Assembly (NCBI RefSeq): GCF_963921235.1 | Contig: NC_086097.1 | Location: 160,768,001-160,832,000 of the forward strand | Direction: 5' to 3' | Length of the DNA stretch: 64,000 nucleotides | DNA from: Mobula hypostoma | Lineage: Eukaryota | Part shown: positions 24,501 through 36,980 of the stretch, piece by piece | Layout of the letters: every line of letters starts with the position of its first letter | How positions within the stretch are numbered: the first letter of the stretch is position 1 | Program-made: the position numbers and the translations under genes | Notes under the pieces: generated by a model | Seen by the model: only the letters and a program-made list of their open reading frames with translations | The model's database searches: none | Told to the model about the DNA's origin: nothing

Positions 24501-25865
24501 CACAATATACTTATTAAATTCATTTGCCATTTCTTTGTCACCTATTACTATCTCTACAGTGTCATTTTCTGGTGGTTCAGTATCCACTCTTGCCTCTGTT
24601 TTACATATCTGAAACATCTTTTGCTGTCCTCTGATACTGTTGGCTAGTTTACCTTCCTATTTCATGTTTTCTCTTCTTCAGCCTTTTTGAGTTGCCTTCT
24701 GTTGGTTTTTAAAAGCTTCCCAATCCTTTAACTGCCCACTATTTTTTAATTTTAGTTAGAAATGCAGTGCAGAATGGGCCCTTGGAGCCGCATTTCCTAG
24801 CAACCCCTAACAACCCCAATTTAACTGTAGCCTAATCATGGGACATCCTTCCTTTTTAGCATTGGTCTTCATCTTTGGGATTGCTCCCATCCAATCAACT
24901 TTGGCCAGCTCCTCTCCTGTATCAGCAGTTCCCTTTACTCCACTGGTAATACTGATACTTCTGACTTTAGCTTCTCCCCCTCAGACTGCAGGGTAAATTC
25001 TATCCTATTATGATCACTGCCTCCTAAGGGTTCCTTAAGGTCCCTAATCAAATCTAGTTCATTACACAGTCCAGAATTCCCTTTTCCCCAGTGGACTGAC
25101 CACAATCTTCTCTAAAAAGCCATCTTGTATGCAATCTACAAATTCGCTGCCTTGTGATCCAGCATCAACCTGATTTTCCCAATCTACCTGCATATTGAAA
25201 TTGCTCCATGGTTATCATAATGTTGTCCTTTTTACATGCCTTTTCTCTTTCCCATTGTAATTTGTATTCCACAAACTGGATACTGTTCAGACATTTGTAT
25301 ACAACTCCCATCAGGGTCTTTTATCTGTGTATTTTCTGAACTCCACCCACAAGGATTCTATATCTTCCGATCCTATGTCACCTGTTTCTAAGGATTTGAT
25401 TTCCTTTTTTTTTACCAACAGAGCCACCCCACCCCCTCTGCCTTCCTGCTTGTTCATTCAATACATTGTGTATCCTTGGACATTAAGCTCCCAACCATGA
25501 TCTTTCAGCCATGACTTAGTAATGCCTGCAACATCATAAATTCCAATCTATAATTGCACGATAAGATCATTTGCCTTATTCCATGCACTGCGTGCATTCA
25601 AATATAACACCTTCAGTCCTGTTCTCATCGTCCTTTTCAATTTTGCCGATGTTATAGTTACTCATCCCACTAACTGCAGTGTTGCCTTATTGTCTGACTG
25701 TCCTTCATCACAGTCTCATTACACACTGCATTTTGCTTGTATACCTATCCTCACCCCAACACTCCAGTTTTCATCCCCCTATCAAATTAATTTAACTCTC
25801 CTTCACAGGACTTTCATACTGCCCCGCAAGGATATTGGTGCTCCTCAAGTTCAGGTGTAACTTCA
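21570..25865 (-). mobile_element. Cluster of decayed CR1 fragments with a nested Rex1-like piece (~23440-23850)
   Basis: MKRNFFSQRMVNLWNSLP; LEFFEEITSRIDKG; GHALFSLLPSGRRY; includes a non-TE gap near 22330-22860. Confidence 0.75.
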
Positions 25866-26394
25866 GCTCTAATATCTGGTGTCTAATGTTCTTTAAAATC
25901 TTGTTTTCAAAGGCCTTCTCAATATACAAAAATAAGAACAGATTTCAATACGATCTTGCTGGTTTTTAATGATTTGAGAATGATTTGAAAAAACTACATG
26001 ATGAATATTTAAGCATTTAAATATTTGAGGATCAAATGGGAAGAGAATTTCAATAGTAAATAATGTAGCACAAAAGGAAATAGGGACATACTTTCTTCCA
26101 ATGCACTGTACAATATTTCCCTCCTTTCATCACTAAGTATTTCCCAAAGAATACCTTAAGATCAGTAATGGAACTGCGTAGGATGGAGTTTATACTCATT
26201 ATTTAAATATCAGCACACTAATTACTCGTTGGATAGATCATCTTCTATTAGATATCAAATGTAGCTTCCTGATCGCTGTTTCATATTGTACTAGCCATGA
26301 ATTAAAATATTATTTAATTGTGATGGTTGATGGAAAAGTCCTCTTTGTTGCAGCACAAAGTCAACTGTTTTACAAGTAGTTTTACCTTTTTAAG

Positions 26395-26525
26395 GATTGG
26401 CCATTTGATGATGGTGATCCACCTCCAAGCAAAATTGTGGATGATTGGCTAAATTTACTTAAAACTAAGTTTATGGAAGAACCTGGAAGCTGTGTAGCAG
26501 TCCATTGTGTTGCTGGCCTTGGGAG
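26395..26525 (+). CDS. PTP4A3: PTP4A coding exon 3 (aa 67-110; WPFDD loop and P-loop)
   Basis: [44 protein letters not shown] (catalytic Cys104); acceptor ttttaAG, donor GTATGT; 131 nt. Confidence 0.97.
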
Positions 26526-27258
26526 GTATGTATACAAGAACTTTTGCTGGCCAGGGTCTAACGTCCTATTGTTTTATTATGGAGAAGTTGTCAGTTAATG
26601 TAGTAGTAGTAATGTCTTGATGTTCTGCTGTATGTAGTTGAGTGAGTTCAAATAAGCTGCTATCAGTAGAAGGAAATTATGTAGTTTCTTCAGTCTACGA
26701 AAACCAATCCTGGACAAGATTATCAAGGAATAAAATCAAACATTTGGTAATTTCTAATAGGCGAGAAGAATTGATGAAAACAATATACCAGGCAGAGCAT
26801 TTGAGGGAGAGAATTGCAAAAAAGAGCCACTAATATAACTAGGGAGAACTGAATGTCAAAATTTCCTAATTGCTTACAAGTTTGAAACTTAGTAAATGGC
26901 ACAGAGGGCTTCAAAAGAATTTGGGAGAATATGTGTTGACAAAGTGGATACTAAAGAATGTGCAGTGAATGTGTAAGTGCTTTCTTCCTGACACAACCTA
27001 TAAAAATGTATTTGTTTCAGTTGTGCTGGTAGTAGGTATCCATAACGATGGCAGGAGATATATGAGTGTATCTCAATATTTGACATGGTTATCAATGGAG
27101 GAATGAGATACTAGAAAAAGTTTCTTTCCAGGGAGTGCTAGAAAATGCACTGTTCAGAGAGGGGTGTGGCTAGCCAATTTTGAAGTAGTGCTTCAGATAA
27201 TAACACCTTATAAGTTGGGGCAGTGTTCTGTGCTTATACAGCTGTTTCAACTATGCAG

Positions 27259-27333
27259 GGCCCCTGTACTGGTAGCAGTTGCTCTTATCGAATGTGGAAT
27301 GAAGTATGAAGATGCCATTCAATTCATCCGGCA
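27259..27333 (+). CDS. PTP4A3: PTP4A coding exon 4 (aa 111-135)
   Basis: [25 protein letters not shown]; phase 2-2, 75 nt; acceptor tatgcAG, donor GTAAGT. Confidence 0.95.
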
Positions 27334-27625
27334 GTAAGTACAATTTGTCCCTTAAAACTGGTTTTAGTCATTATTTGATTTGATGATGTCTTTGCAAGGG
27401 CACTTTGCCTGGTTCCCTTTGAAAACTGAGCACTGCATAATATACAAAGTGCAATGGATCACTGACTTAAAGAATATGTCATTATTACCTAGAAATCTGG
27501 TCACCACATTAGAGGAAAAATGTATTAATATTCAAGAGGGTTCAGAGGAGATTTGTCAATGTATTGCCAGACAATCAAGGTTCATCCTATCCCACCTGCA
27601 GGAACAACCTGCCAGAACTGGCGGG

Positions 27626-27690
27626 GTGTGTGTGTGTGTGTGTGTGTGTCTGTCTGTCTGTCTGTCTGTACGTGTATGTATGTATATACA
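27626..27690. repeat. (GT)n(GTCT)n compound microsatellite
   Basis: Read directly from the sequence, in the last intron. Confidence 0.9.
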
Positions 27691-28376
27691 TACTTTCTTC
27701 CAGTATCCTCTGTCTCTTGATTCACTGATAACACTTAAGTCACTAGGCATAAAAGACGGTCGTAATTCGCACAAATAAATATTTATTTGTTGGAGTTCAA
27801 AATACCAATCCCAGATCATTGCTGAGAATTCCTCAGGTCAGTATCATAGATCCAATCATCATAAGATACTTTATTAGTCACCTTGCTGTCACCATCAGAA
27901 GTGAATGGTGATAAAGGAATGTTGCATTTTCTCTGAAAATGAAGCAATCAATGCCAGGTTTTTGCAAAACTCTAAACACCATTCAGGAAGAGCTGTTGTG
28001 GCTTACTTAACATTTATAATGGATATGGTGGTAATTTAGTAGTAGTTATCTTGGTTATGGGTCTTTCACCTTTAGCACCTTGGACTAAATACGTTTGACT
28101 GGAGAAGCCATGTACTGTAAATAGACAGCTGTGAAAGCAAGTCAGAGACTAGTATCCATGGCAAATGAATCCTACGGTACAGGAAGAATCCTTTTATTAA
28201 CCCCCTTATGAGTTGCTGGAGGTGACCCAGATTGTTTTGTAATTATTTGAATTTGGGGCATTAAAGTGTATTGACTTTTAAAAATAAATGAATAGTTATG
28301 ATATAAAGAAGTAAGGATGCTTTCATCAATTTCTTGAATTTCTTTTCACTTTTCTTTTCAACCTTTTCTTAAACAG

Positions 28377-28494
28377 AAAACGTAGAGGTGCCATTAACAG
28401 CAAACAGCTCTCATACTTGGAAAAATATCGGCCAAAGATGAGACTTCGTTTCAAGGACCCTAATAATCACAAGAACAGTTGTGCCATCGTATGA
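28377..28494 (+). CDS. PTP4A3: PTP4A coding exon 5 (aa 136-173; polybasic region, CaaX, stop)
   Basis: Strong polypyrimidine tract + aaac[43 protein letters not shown]; total CDS 522 nt. Confidence 0.96.
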
Positions 28495-31400
28495 AATTGA
28501 ACACTTTCAGTGAACAATGGTTTACAGCAATTTTTATATATTAAACAAAAATAAAATCCCTTTCAGTTTCCTATCTTAAAATCCAATCCGATGTTGTTTC
28601 TTCCTCCAAGGGTAACTTCAATATTTATTTATAATTAAATCATCAAATGAAGGAAAGTACCATTCTTTATGACGGCTTATTGATTCTGATTAAAAGCCCT
28701 AAGCAAGTTTATCATTTGAGGTAGTCTTATCATCTTAAATTCTATGTTTCCTCTTTGCAAAAGATATCCTTGATTTATATGGTGTATAATCAAAATAGAA
28801 ATCTGGTGTGATAACCTAGAGTAAAAAAAGTGCATTTAGGAAAGTAATTGTAAATATGATGCAAATTGACTGAAGTATGATTGATTGGTACTAATTTTGG
28901 CAAAACATTGTTCTTTAGTCTGATGAGTTGATGGTTGATGAGTTGTGGTTCCTTATGTTTGTTGAACCAAATCCAGGTGAATATTTAGCATTTATAGAGC
29001 CTTTGTTTTGTACCTTAAGATAGTTGCATTCCTGCGATTCCACACTTTGTGTTTGTATACAACATCCCTGTACAAGAATCACTAATCTGTGTGCTTCCAA
29101 TTCAAGTGCAAAATGGCTATTATAATCATTTTTTGATGTCTAGTTTTCCACAAACAAACTTTCCTATGTGCATTGAAAGTTGACAGTAATTGTGTACTAA
29201 TCCTGAATTTAAACATACGATTTGCCCAATGACCAACAGAAGGTAACCTAATGGTTATCCTCACTGTGGTTGATGGGTAAGGAAGTGAGGTAACAAGTTT
29301 TGATATTGATTGTTTGAGATAGTGTTTTTTTAATAGTTATATCTATTTGCCAGGACTTGGTTAAACTGAAGTCTTTGTGTAATAAAATAAAATGCTGGAA
29401 ATATCCATATAATGAAAGACCACTGACATGAAGCATTAACTTTATTTCCCTGCACACATGATGTCTGACTTGCTAAATATTTCCAGTATTTTCCATTTTT
29501 ATTTCCATATTTCATATTTCCAAAGCTTGCAGTTTGTTTTCTGTTTTGCTTTTGTCTTACTGGCAGGTTTTGAACCCAAATCCCATATTTCTTTAGTACA
29601 AGCTGGTGGGGTTAATTAAGGGAATTTTAAACTGAATACAGTCTTTTTAATGTGATAAATTTTGCAGTTGAATAGGAAATGTCAAAGTGTACATTCATAC
29701 TATATGTATAATTACAGTGAAAACTTTGTTCATTTTAATTCTGCTTTAGTCAAAATTCAGGTGTATTGGAGCGTGAACTCTTGGAAGATAATATTCACTC
29801 TGCTGATCAGAACATTACGACTAATTTATTTCACATATGGCTTTATTGAGGCCACTGCACTGAAGCTAAACTTGCCTTATGAATGCCACGTTACTGAAGT
29901 TTTGCCTTTTTCCTTCTGTTATTTATTCGTAATAAAAGCTAAATACTGGAAATGCACAGCAGGTCAGGCCATATCTGTGGAGCAGGTGATGGCTGACCAT
30001 TCAAGAAAACAAATAACAAATGGTTTGCAAGCCCTAAGCAGTGATACCCTAAGAATTAGGGCAAGCATTTAATCTCATATTGTGCCTTTGTCATCTACTT
30101 AAGATTTCATAACTCTGAATTGTTTTTGTCCATGGAGAAAGAAAACCCTATGAATGACGCCCAGGTTTCATTCTAAGTTCAGCTCAGGCATAACTTATAG
30201 AAAACTCATCTGTCCATGAGAACAGTAACTTCTTTGTTGTAGTGAAGTACAACTATATAAATAGTGTAAGTCAGCTTAATGCTGTGCAACTTTTCTGTGA
30301 TCTATACATTATTAACCATTTACAGTGTAACTAGAACTTTAGCTGTTAGAAGTTTCTAAAGAATGTGAGGTCATCCAGTCAGGGTTTTTGTTTTTTTAAC
30401 TTTTTACACCAATTTCCACATCTTCCTTCTATGACAGTCCATTAATGAAATTAACAACAATTTACAAAACCTAGCTGGTTTGCTGACTTTTTGTTATGCT
30501 TCTGTTCTTGGGCTGCAGTTAACATGTAAAATTATAATTGTGGAGGATTTGTGCAAGTTCAAAATATGGGCTTGGAAATTCAACTATGCAGTGCTCACCT
30601 TTCAGGTACCAAACAGTTTTATAAACTCCCAGATTAATATTTGTTACACACAAACCAGGAGGTTGAACTCTTTAAATCTTGTTTCTATTCTAACATGTTA
30701 GACATAATGTAAGGTAAAATGTAATCCTAACATCACAAAACAAATTTCAACATCAGTGCACAGCACAGAATGATGGAGGCATGAATGAGAGTTCAGTTAT
30801 ACACATGACTGAAATCGTTTGTGTGTTCCTTTTCTGTCTTCTATATACATACTCTCAATAGGCAATAGAGAGGAGGGAAGGCTAGATACACTCAATCCAA
30901 TCATTTTGCACGTCTGATTGGTTGATTGTGTGATTAAATTGAAGAGTGTTTCTACTTTCCATAAAATAGAACTGAATCTAGTCAGACTTGTGACCCGAGA
31001 ATTCATTTCTGCTGAAAGTAACCATGAGGCATTGTTATTGGCAATACAATAAAGGTATCAGAAAGCAGAACAATTTGTTTGTGCAGTATGCAGAACTGTA
31101 GTAAGTGCTAAGTACTATAATGTACATATTTTGTACTTTGATACAAAAAAGTGAACAACTATAAAATCATGTGATATCATTAAATGTCAATACTTGTTAT
31201 TGGTTCTATTTATCCCACCGAAATGAAACTTGCATTTATTAAACATTTCCACTAGCCAATCCTTCAAAATATCAGTGTCATTTAAATATAAAAGTAAATA
31301 CTATCTTTTGTTAACTTTATAAACATTTTACTAAAAATTTCTAAGTACACCTATGTTTTAATGAGTTTACAGATTAAGACAAGTAAACAAGTTACTTTCA

Positions 31401-34140
31401 TCCTTTTAAAAGTATAAGCTTAAAAAGAAAAGCAATTCATTGCTTCAACAGTCAATACATTCTGTAATATCCTGTTCCACATTATTTTTAGTAACATTTA
31501 CACAATCTGATGTAGATTGGAGTTAAACAATGTTGAAAAATTGCAGTGCACAAGTTGTATAAAGGCATTGCTTGATTAACTGCCTCCTGCAAATTATCTT
31601 GGAGTTGTAGTGATTTTAAGTAGAAAGTACTATGTACATGTTTTTTTAAAAGGAATGTATAAGATTTCATTATGAATCCTGTGTGCCCAATTTTTATTAA
31701 TAGCTGATGTGGCAGCATTGTATATAAAAACTATTATTTGCTCCATGCACCATCCTCAAAGGATATGATGGCATTGCACAAACATTTTTCTCTTTAAACA
31801 TGGTATGATCTAAATCTCTTATTTGAAATAATGGTGCTAATAATCAGCAGTTTCTTCCTACAAGAAGGAAAAACTTGTGTCCTTTTAATCTTTGTTGATA
31901 TTTAAGGTAACTGAATTTAGGACCATGTAGCAAAAGAATCTTGATTCACACAGGGAAGTGTTGTGAAAAGGACAATTACATCTGGTTCATCCAAGTCAGA
32001 GAGTCGATGTCTGAAGCTATTTTAAGAGATGAGAATGTTGTTTCAGTTGATGCAGGAACTGTTTCATTTAGACTGTGTAACCCCTAAAGTAGTAGATTGT
32101 CAGCTGTAAAAGGCTCTAAGGAAACAAGGTTGGTCTGGGCTTTGGGTCTTTAATACTTTATTGAAATATAGTTATTTATCTCAGTGCAATTTATAGAAGT
32201 CTACTGAATGTACTGCTTACAGTTTCCTCCGAAGCCATTAGTTTCTTTCTAGAATGAAAGTTGAAAGTGGGACAAAAAAGAGAGATTTGTGCTTTTTGTA
32301 CTAAATAATGTGACGATAATTCTTCGCTCATATAACATCATGAAACATGCAGTTATCTTTTTTGATACTGAGTTAGTTATACACCACACTAAACTCTCAA
32401 GCTGTCATCTCACACCATCTTAACTGGGGCAGAACAGGCTGGATAATGACAGTTGGCAAACCACACAAACTCTTGTTAGCACAATTGTGCATACCACAAT
32501 TAACATCCTTCATGGTAGAAACTGATCTTGGTGTATAGTGGTCAAATTAAACTTCAGCACTTGATCTTATACAGGCAATAAACAAAGGTGTCGTTGAGAC
32601 TTTGGCACTACTTTTTCTTGTTTTGTTTTGAAAATTATGATGGGGAATTTGCGTAATTTCCTAACAAGCTGACTCCTTTCATTTGTGATCAAACTTGAAG
32701 CTTAAACTGTCTTGACTGTTTTAGTGCATCAATTTTTATCCTATTTTAACAAAAGTATTAAAATAGTTAACACAAAAATGCAACAATTTAACTAAAGAGA
32801 GAGAACCTATTTCTGTGAATAAGAAGTGAATGGACAAGAAAGTGTGTGGGGGGGGGGAGAGAGAGTATAAGTTAGGTTTATTTCTATTCAAAGTGCAAAC
32901 AGTTATGTTCCCACAACCTAATTCCATGCACAAAGCTTTTAAGCATTCAGGAATCTGCATTGAACACACTTCCCTAGCATGACTGGGACCTCATTTCCTT
33001 TAATAATGGGCCCTTTTTTAATTCCTGAGCACTCCCTCTTAAATTGGGCTCATTAATCGGATGGGTTTAGTTGGTGTGTCACATTGTAGTATTATGTCAT
33101 TTGGGGACAGAATGGGAAACACCTGTGTGAACCAACTTTGTTTCACTTGAATTGCATTTCCTGTTAAAACATTGTTGAAAAGCATTTCACATAGTGAAGC
33201 AGAAGAAACACATAGAGAAATGTATTAAATTATATTTGCATGTACTTGTTACAGTGATTAGAAGGATGGCTGTTACTTGCTTTTATCACAAGGCTTGAAC
33301 TTGCTTAATGTGATAATTTACAAAGGTAAAATGTAATCTCCAATAGTGAAATTGCACATCATTATCTGAAGTGGTTTTCACTTCCTAATACTGAACAAGC
33401 TAACTTAATTGCCAATGATCTTATTTAGTAGACAAACATGTAGCAGTATTCAAATTTGCAAGTTTTGCTTGTGAATAGATAGCCTAGTGTACTGAATTCA
33501 TTAATGGGTTTGAAACTTATGGATTGTATCTGAAAGAAAAATATTCCCTTGTATATAATAATTGTAAGCTGTGAAGTCCTGTATGGTTAATCTTACTATT
33601 GGTGAGTAGTACTCCCCTGTGCTAGAGATGGTGTACTAAAATTGCTTCATTTTTGCCTGAAGTTTCAGATAATAAATCTGAGCTCAGTGGCCTTCATTTT
33701 ATAGAAATGGTATATGAAGTGTTTACATATTTAAAACGTGTGTACAGACAATAATGTAATACATTTTTTAGTGTTTGTGTTATAGGCTTGCAGAGTAAAA
33801 AACTTAATCTTTCAATATACAGAATTATATATCCTACTACCTTGAATCCAAATACTAATGTTTTACTGAGTAACAAAAGTGCCAGTCTCCTTAGCAGATG
33901 GGGAACAGTGAGATTTGGTCTTCATTGCGCTCTAGTAACGTTTTTTGATTGAACTAAATTTTATTCATCCAGTTGCTTTAAAGAACGTGACCTGCTTTGT
34001 CTTTTTTATTGTCTGAATTAGCGAAGAATTGAAAGACTTCACAATATTCCTCTCAAATCATTTGAATAGAGATTTTTTACTTTTAATATTTGTTAGTAAC
34101 TTATATTCTAGTTGAGACTTTTTGCTTCCTACAATAAATA
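28495..34140 (+). other. Probable long 3'UTR of the PTP4A gene
   Basis: AT-rich, almost TE-free; several AATAAA (~28550, 29381, 31048, 33671, 34133) and TGTAHATA motifs; true end unknown. Confidence 0.4.
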
Positions 34141-35377
34141 GGGAACCAATGGTAAAAGAGAGAGTGATTAAAATGCTTATCTTACCAATAAAAAAAGTTT
34201 GAAATTGATTATAATTACATAGTCCAGTTCTAATGAATCCTGACTAATTTCACATGCTATGCTGTTAATTTGTCCCAAGGTCAAATAAGCTACGCTGCAA
34301 AGATAAAATTGCAGTAGCGTAAGAAACATCCTCTGAAAATGGCTTAAAAGTTTTTTATGTGGGGGGAAAACAGGAAGTTTACGCCCACAGAACTTGTCCA
34401 AATTAACAATGAATCTGAATTTATCTACTATACTTAGATGGAGCTAATGTGGCTGAAAGTTTGATATCCAGCCTTTGATTTTTTTTTTTGTGGCCTGCAA
34501 AGTATTGTTTTATGTCAGACTGCTGGTTTGTTGTGGACAATTTTTAGTGTTCAAAACAATTGTAATTACTATTTGCCTCCAGCAAGGTAAATAAAAGGGG
34601 CTTTCATTTTCACAACACGTATTCGTTTTGAATTTGTTAGATACAAGTCATGTCTTGCCAAAGGAAAGAAAATTATATTAACACTTTGATGGTAGACCAC
34701 TTGGAGTTGAAAAAACAATTTCAAGAAGCACTGTTCATGTTCTGGTACCTGTGATTGGGTACCTGGATGTTCCTGTTTATTCTGCATCCCCACAAGAACG
34801 ATGAAAGCAGTGATCTTAAAGCTGTAGGTCAAATTAGCGGTTAAAATTCACAATCTTTCTTTGGATTCTTGATTGCCTCAGGCACTTCCTTCTGGATTTG
34901 GTTTCCTCAAAATTGATTCAGATATTATGCTTCAAAATCAATGATGGGCTGTGTTAATACCTCAACTATATAAATGAGTTATAATCATTTTACATGAGCT
35001 ATCTATTGTTATCTCTATTTCTGTCATAGCCCATTTATTATTTATTTTGGTTATGGAAACGTGAAAAATTTCTGTTTACTTTTTTTGATGACTGAGAAAA
35101 TGGGTAGGAATCAACTATATTAATATCACCTATAATACAGGTCAGGTAAGGATGCCAGATTTCCTTCCCTAAAGGGCATTCGTGAAATAGGTGAGAGTTT
35201 AAACAATACAAATAAAATATTTACTATTATTGTTTCTAGTTTTTTTTATTTGATTTTTTTGCTTGAATTTAAATTCCCCTAGTGCCATGATTGGATTTGA
35301 ACTTAACATTTCTGGTCGATCATCTTGACCTTTAGATATTGAGTACCTAAGCAGAAAGCTTACATGCTTAGTGACTG

Positions 35378-35588
35378 CAACACACATCAAAGTTGCTGGT
35401 GAACGCAGCAGGCCAGGCAGCATCTCTAGGAAGAGGTACAGTTGACGTTTCAGGCTGAGACCCTTCGTCAGACTCGGCCTGAAACGTCGACTGTACCTCT
35501 TCCTAGAGATGCTGCCTGGCCTGCTGCGTTCACCAGCAACTTTGATGTGTGTTGTTTGAATTTCCAGCATCTGCAGAATTCCTGTTGT
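35378..35588. mobile_element. Miniature palindromic Penelope-like insertion
   Basis: ~80-bp near-perfect inverted arms; TSD atgcttagtgactg (35364-35377) / atgcctagtgactg (35589-35602); hammerhead core on minus strand at 35440-35474. Confidence 0.75.
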
Positions 35589-35949
35589 ATGCCTAGTGAC
35601 TGAACACTTTTTGAATACCTGATGAAACTGCCTAGAATCTTCTGAGAAAGCATGTTCAGTGTTAAGTTTGATAGGAGCATACTGAATCATACCTTGGCAT
35701 GAATGTACTAAACGTGCTGTCTAGATTTTACACCATGCAGGCATCATGAGCTGCTACATTTGCTGATCAAAAATCAGCATTCATCCCAACTTCTGATGGG
35801 AAAATGAAGGTAGAGAAAGAATGTGTCTTATACAACATGTACATAAGGAAGGTATAAGTATGAAGTGCAATATTTCAGAAACAATAGTGGTGGGATGGGG
35901 AGAGAGAAGGCAATAATACACTACACTTTAGTAAAGATATACTAAATGT

Positions 35950-36980
35950 CATAAAGCTCTTTGGCCCAATTTACCCATGCTGACTGAAATGCTTGTGGCT
36001 AATACTGTACCATTTTCTTGCATTTGGCCCACATCCCTCTATTGCTTTTCAATCCAAATCCTTTGAAAGCAACATGTCTACTTCTGGCAGCTGATTCCAT
36101 ATGCTCACCATCCTCTGTATGGAAGCACTCCTTCAAATATGTTCCCTCTGAATTTAAATGTCTAGTTTTAGACTATACTGTATCTATGTCCCTTATACTT
36201 GTATAAATACCTAAAAGGTCACCCTTCAGTCTCCTGTGCTCAAGTGAGAATAATCCTAATGCATCCCATCTTTCCTTGTAACTTAAGCCCTCTGTTCTAG
36301 GCAATGTTCTGCTGGTGAATCTCTTCTACACTCTTTCTGGACAATATCACATGTGCTCTATAGGTCAGTGACTAAAGCTGCAAACATTACTCTCAGTGTG
36401 GCCCAATTAATGTCTTGTATAGCTGCAACATCATGATGTCCCAACTGTCATACCTTATGAAGGCAAGCAAGTTAACTGCCTTTTTCACTACCCTATCCAT
36501 CTGAGTTAGCTGCTGAGGGAGTTCTGAACTTGCACCCCAATCCCCCTCTAGATATAAACAATTTTGAGATCCCTGCCATTCACTGTACATGCCTAGACAG
36601 TGTGAGACAACACAAAATACATTACTTCACACTTGTCTGGATTAAATTCCATCTGCCACCACTCCACCCAATTTTTCAGCTGAACTGTGTATCCTTAGGA
36701 AACTATGCTCACTATCAACAACTCCACCACTCTTAATGCAAGCAGCTAACTTGCTTGTCTGTGTTCTGATGTTCACATACAAGGTCCTTGCACCAGTCTT
36801 TGCTAAATACCACTGGTTTCAGACCCAGTGATATAAACAAACCTCCACTGTTCCCCTCTGCATCATATCACCAATTGAATTTCCATCCAATTTGTCAAAA
36901 TATCTTGGGCCCCACATGCCCTAACTTTCTGTTCTAGCATGTTCAGCAGGACCTTGTCAAAAGCCTTACTAAAGTCCTCC
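35950..36980 (-). mobile_element. Old CR1-like LINE fragment
   Basis: DRVVKKAVNLLAFI..MLQLYKTLIGPH. Confidence 0.6.

Noticed and set aside
27380..27819. ORFs with CVCVCV / HTHTHT runs
   Set aside because: These are translations of an intronic microsatellite.
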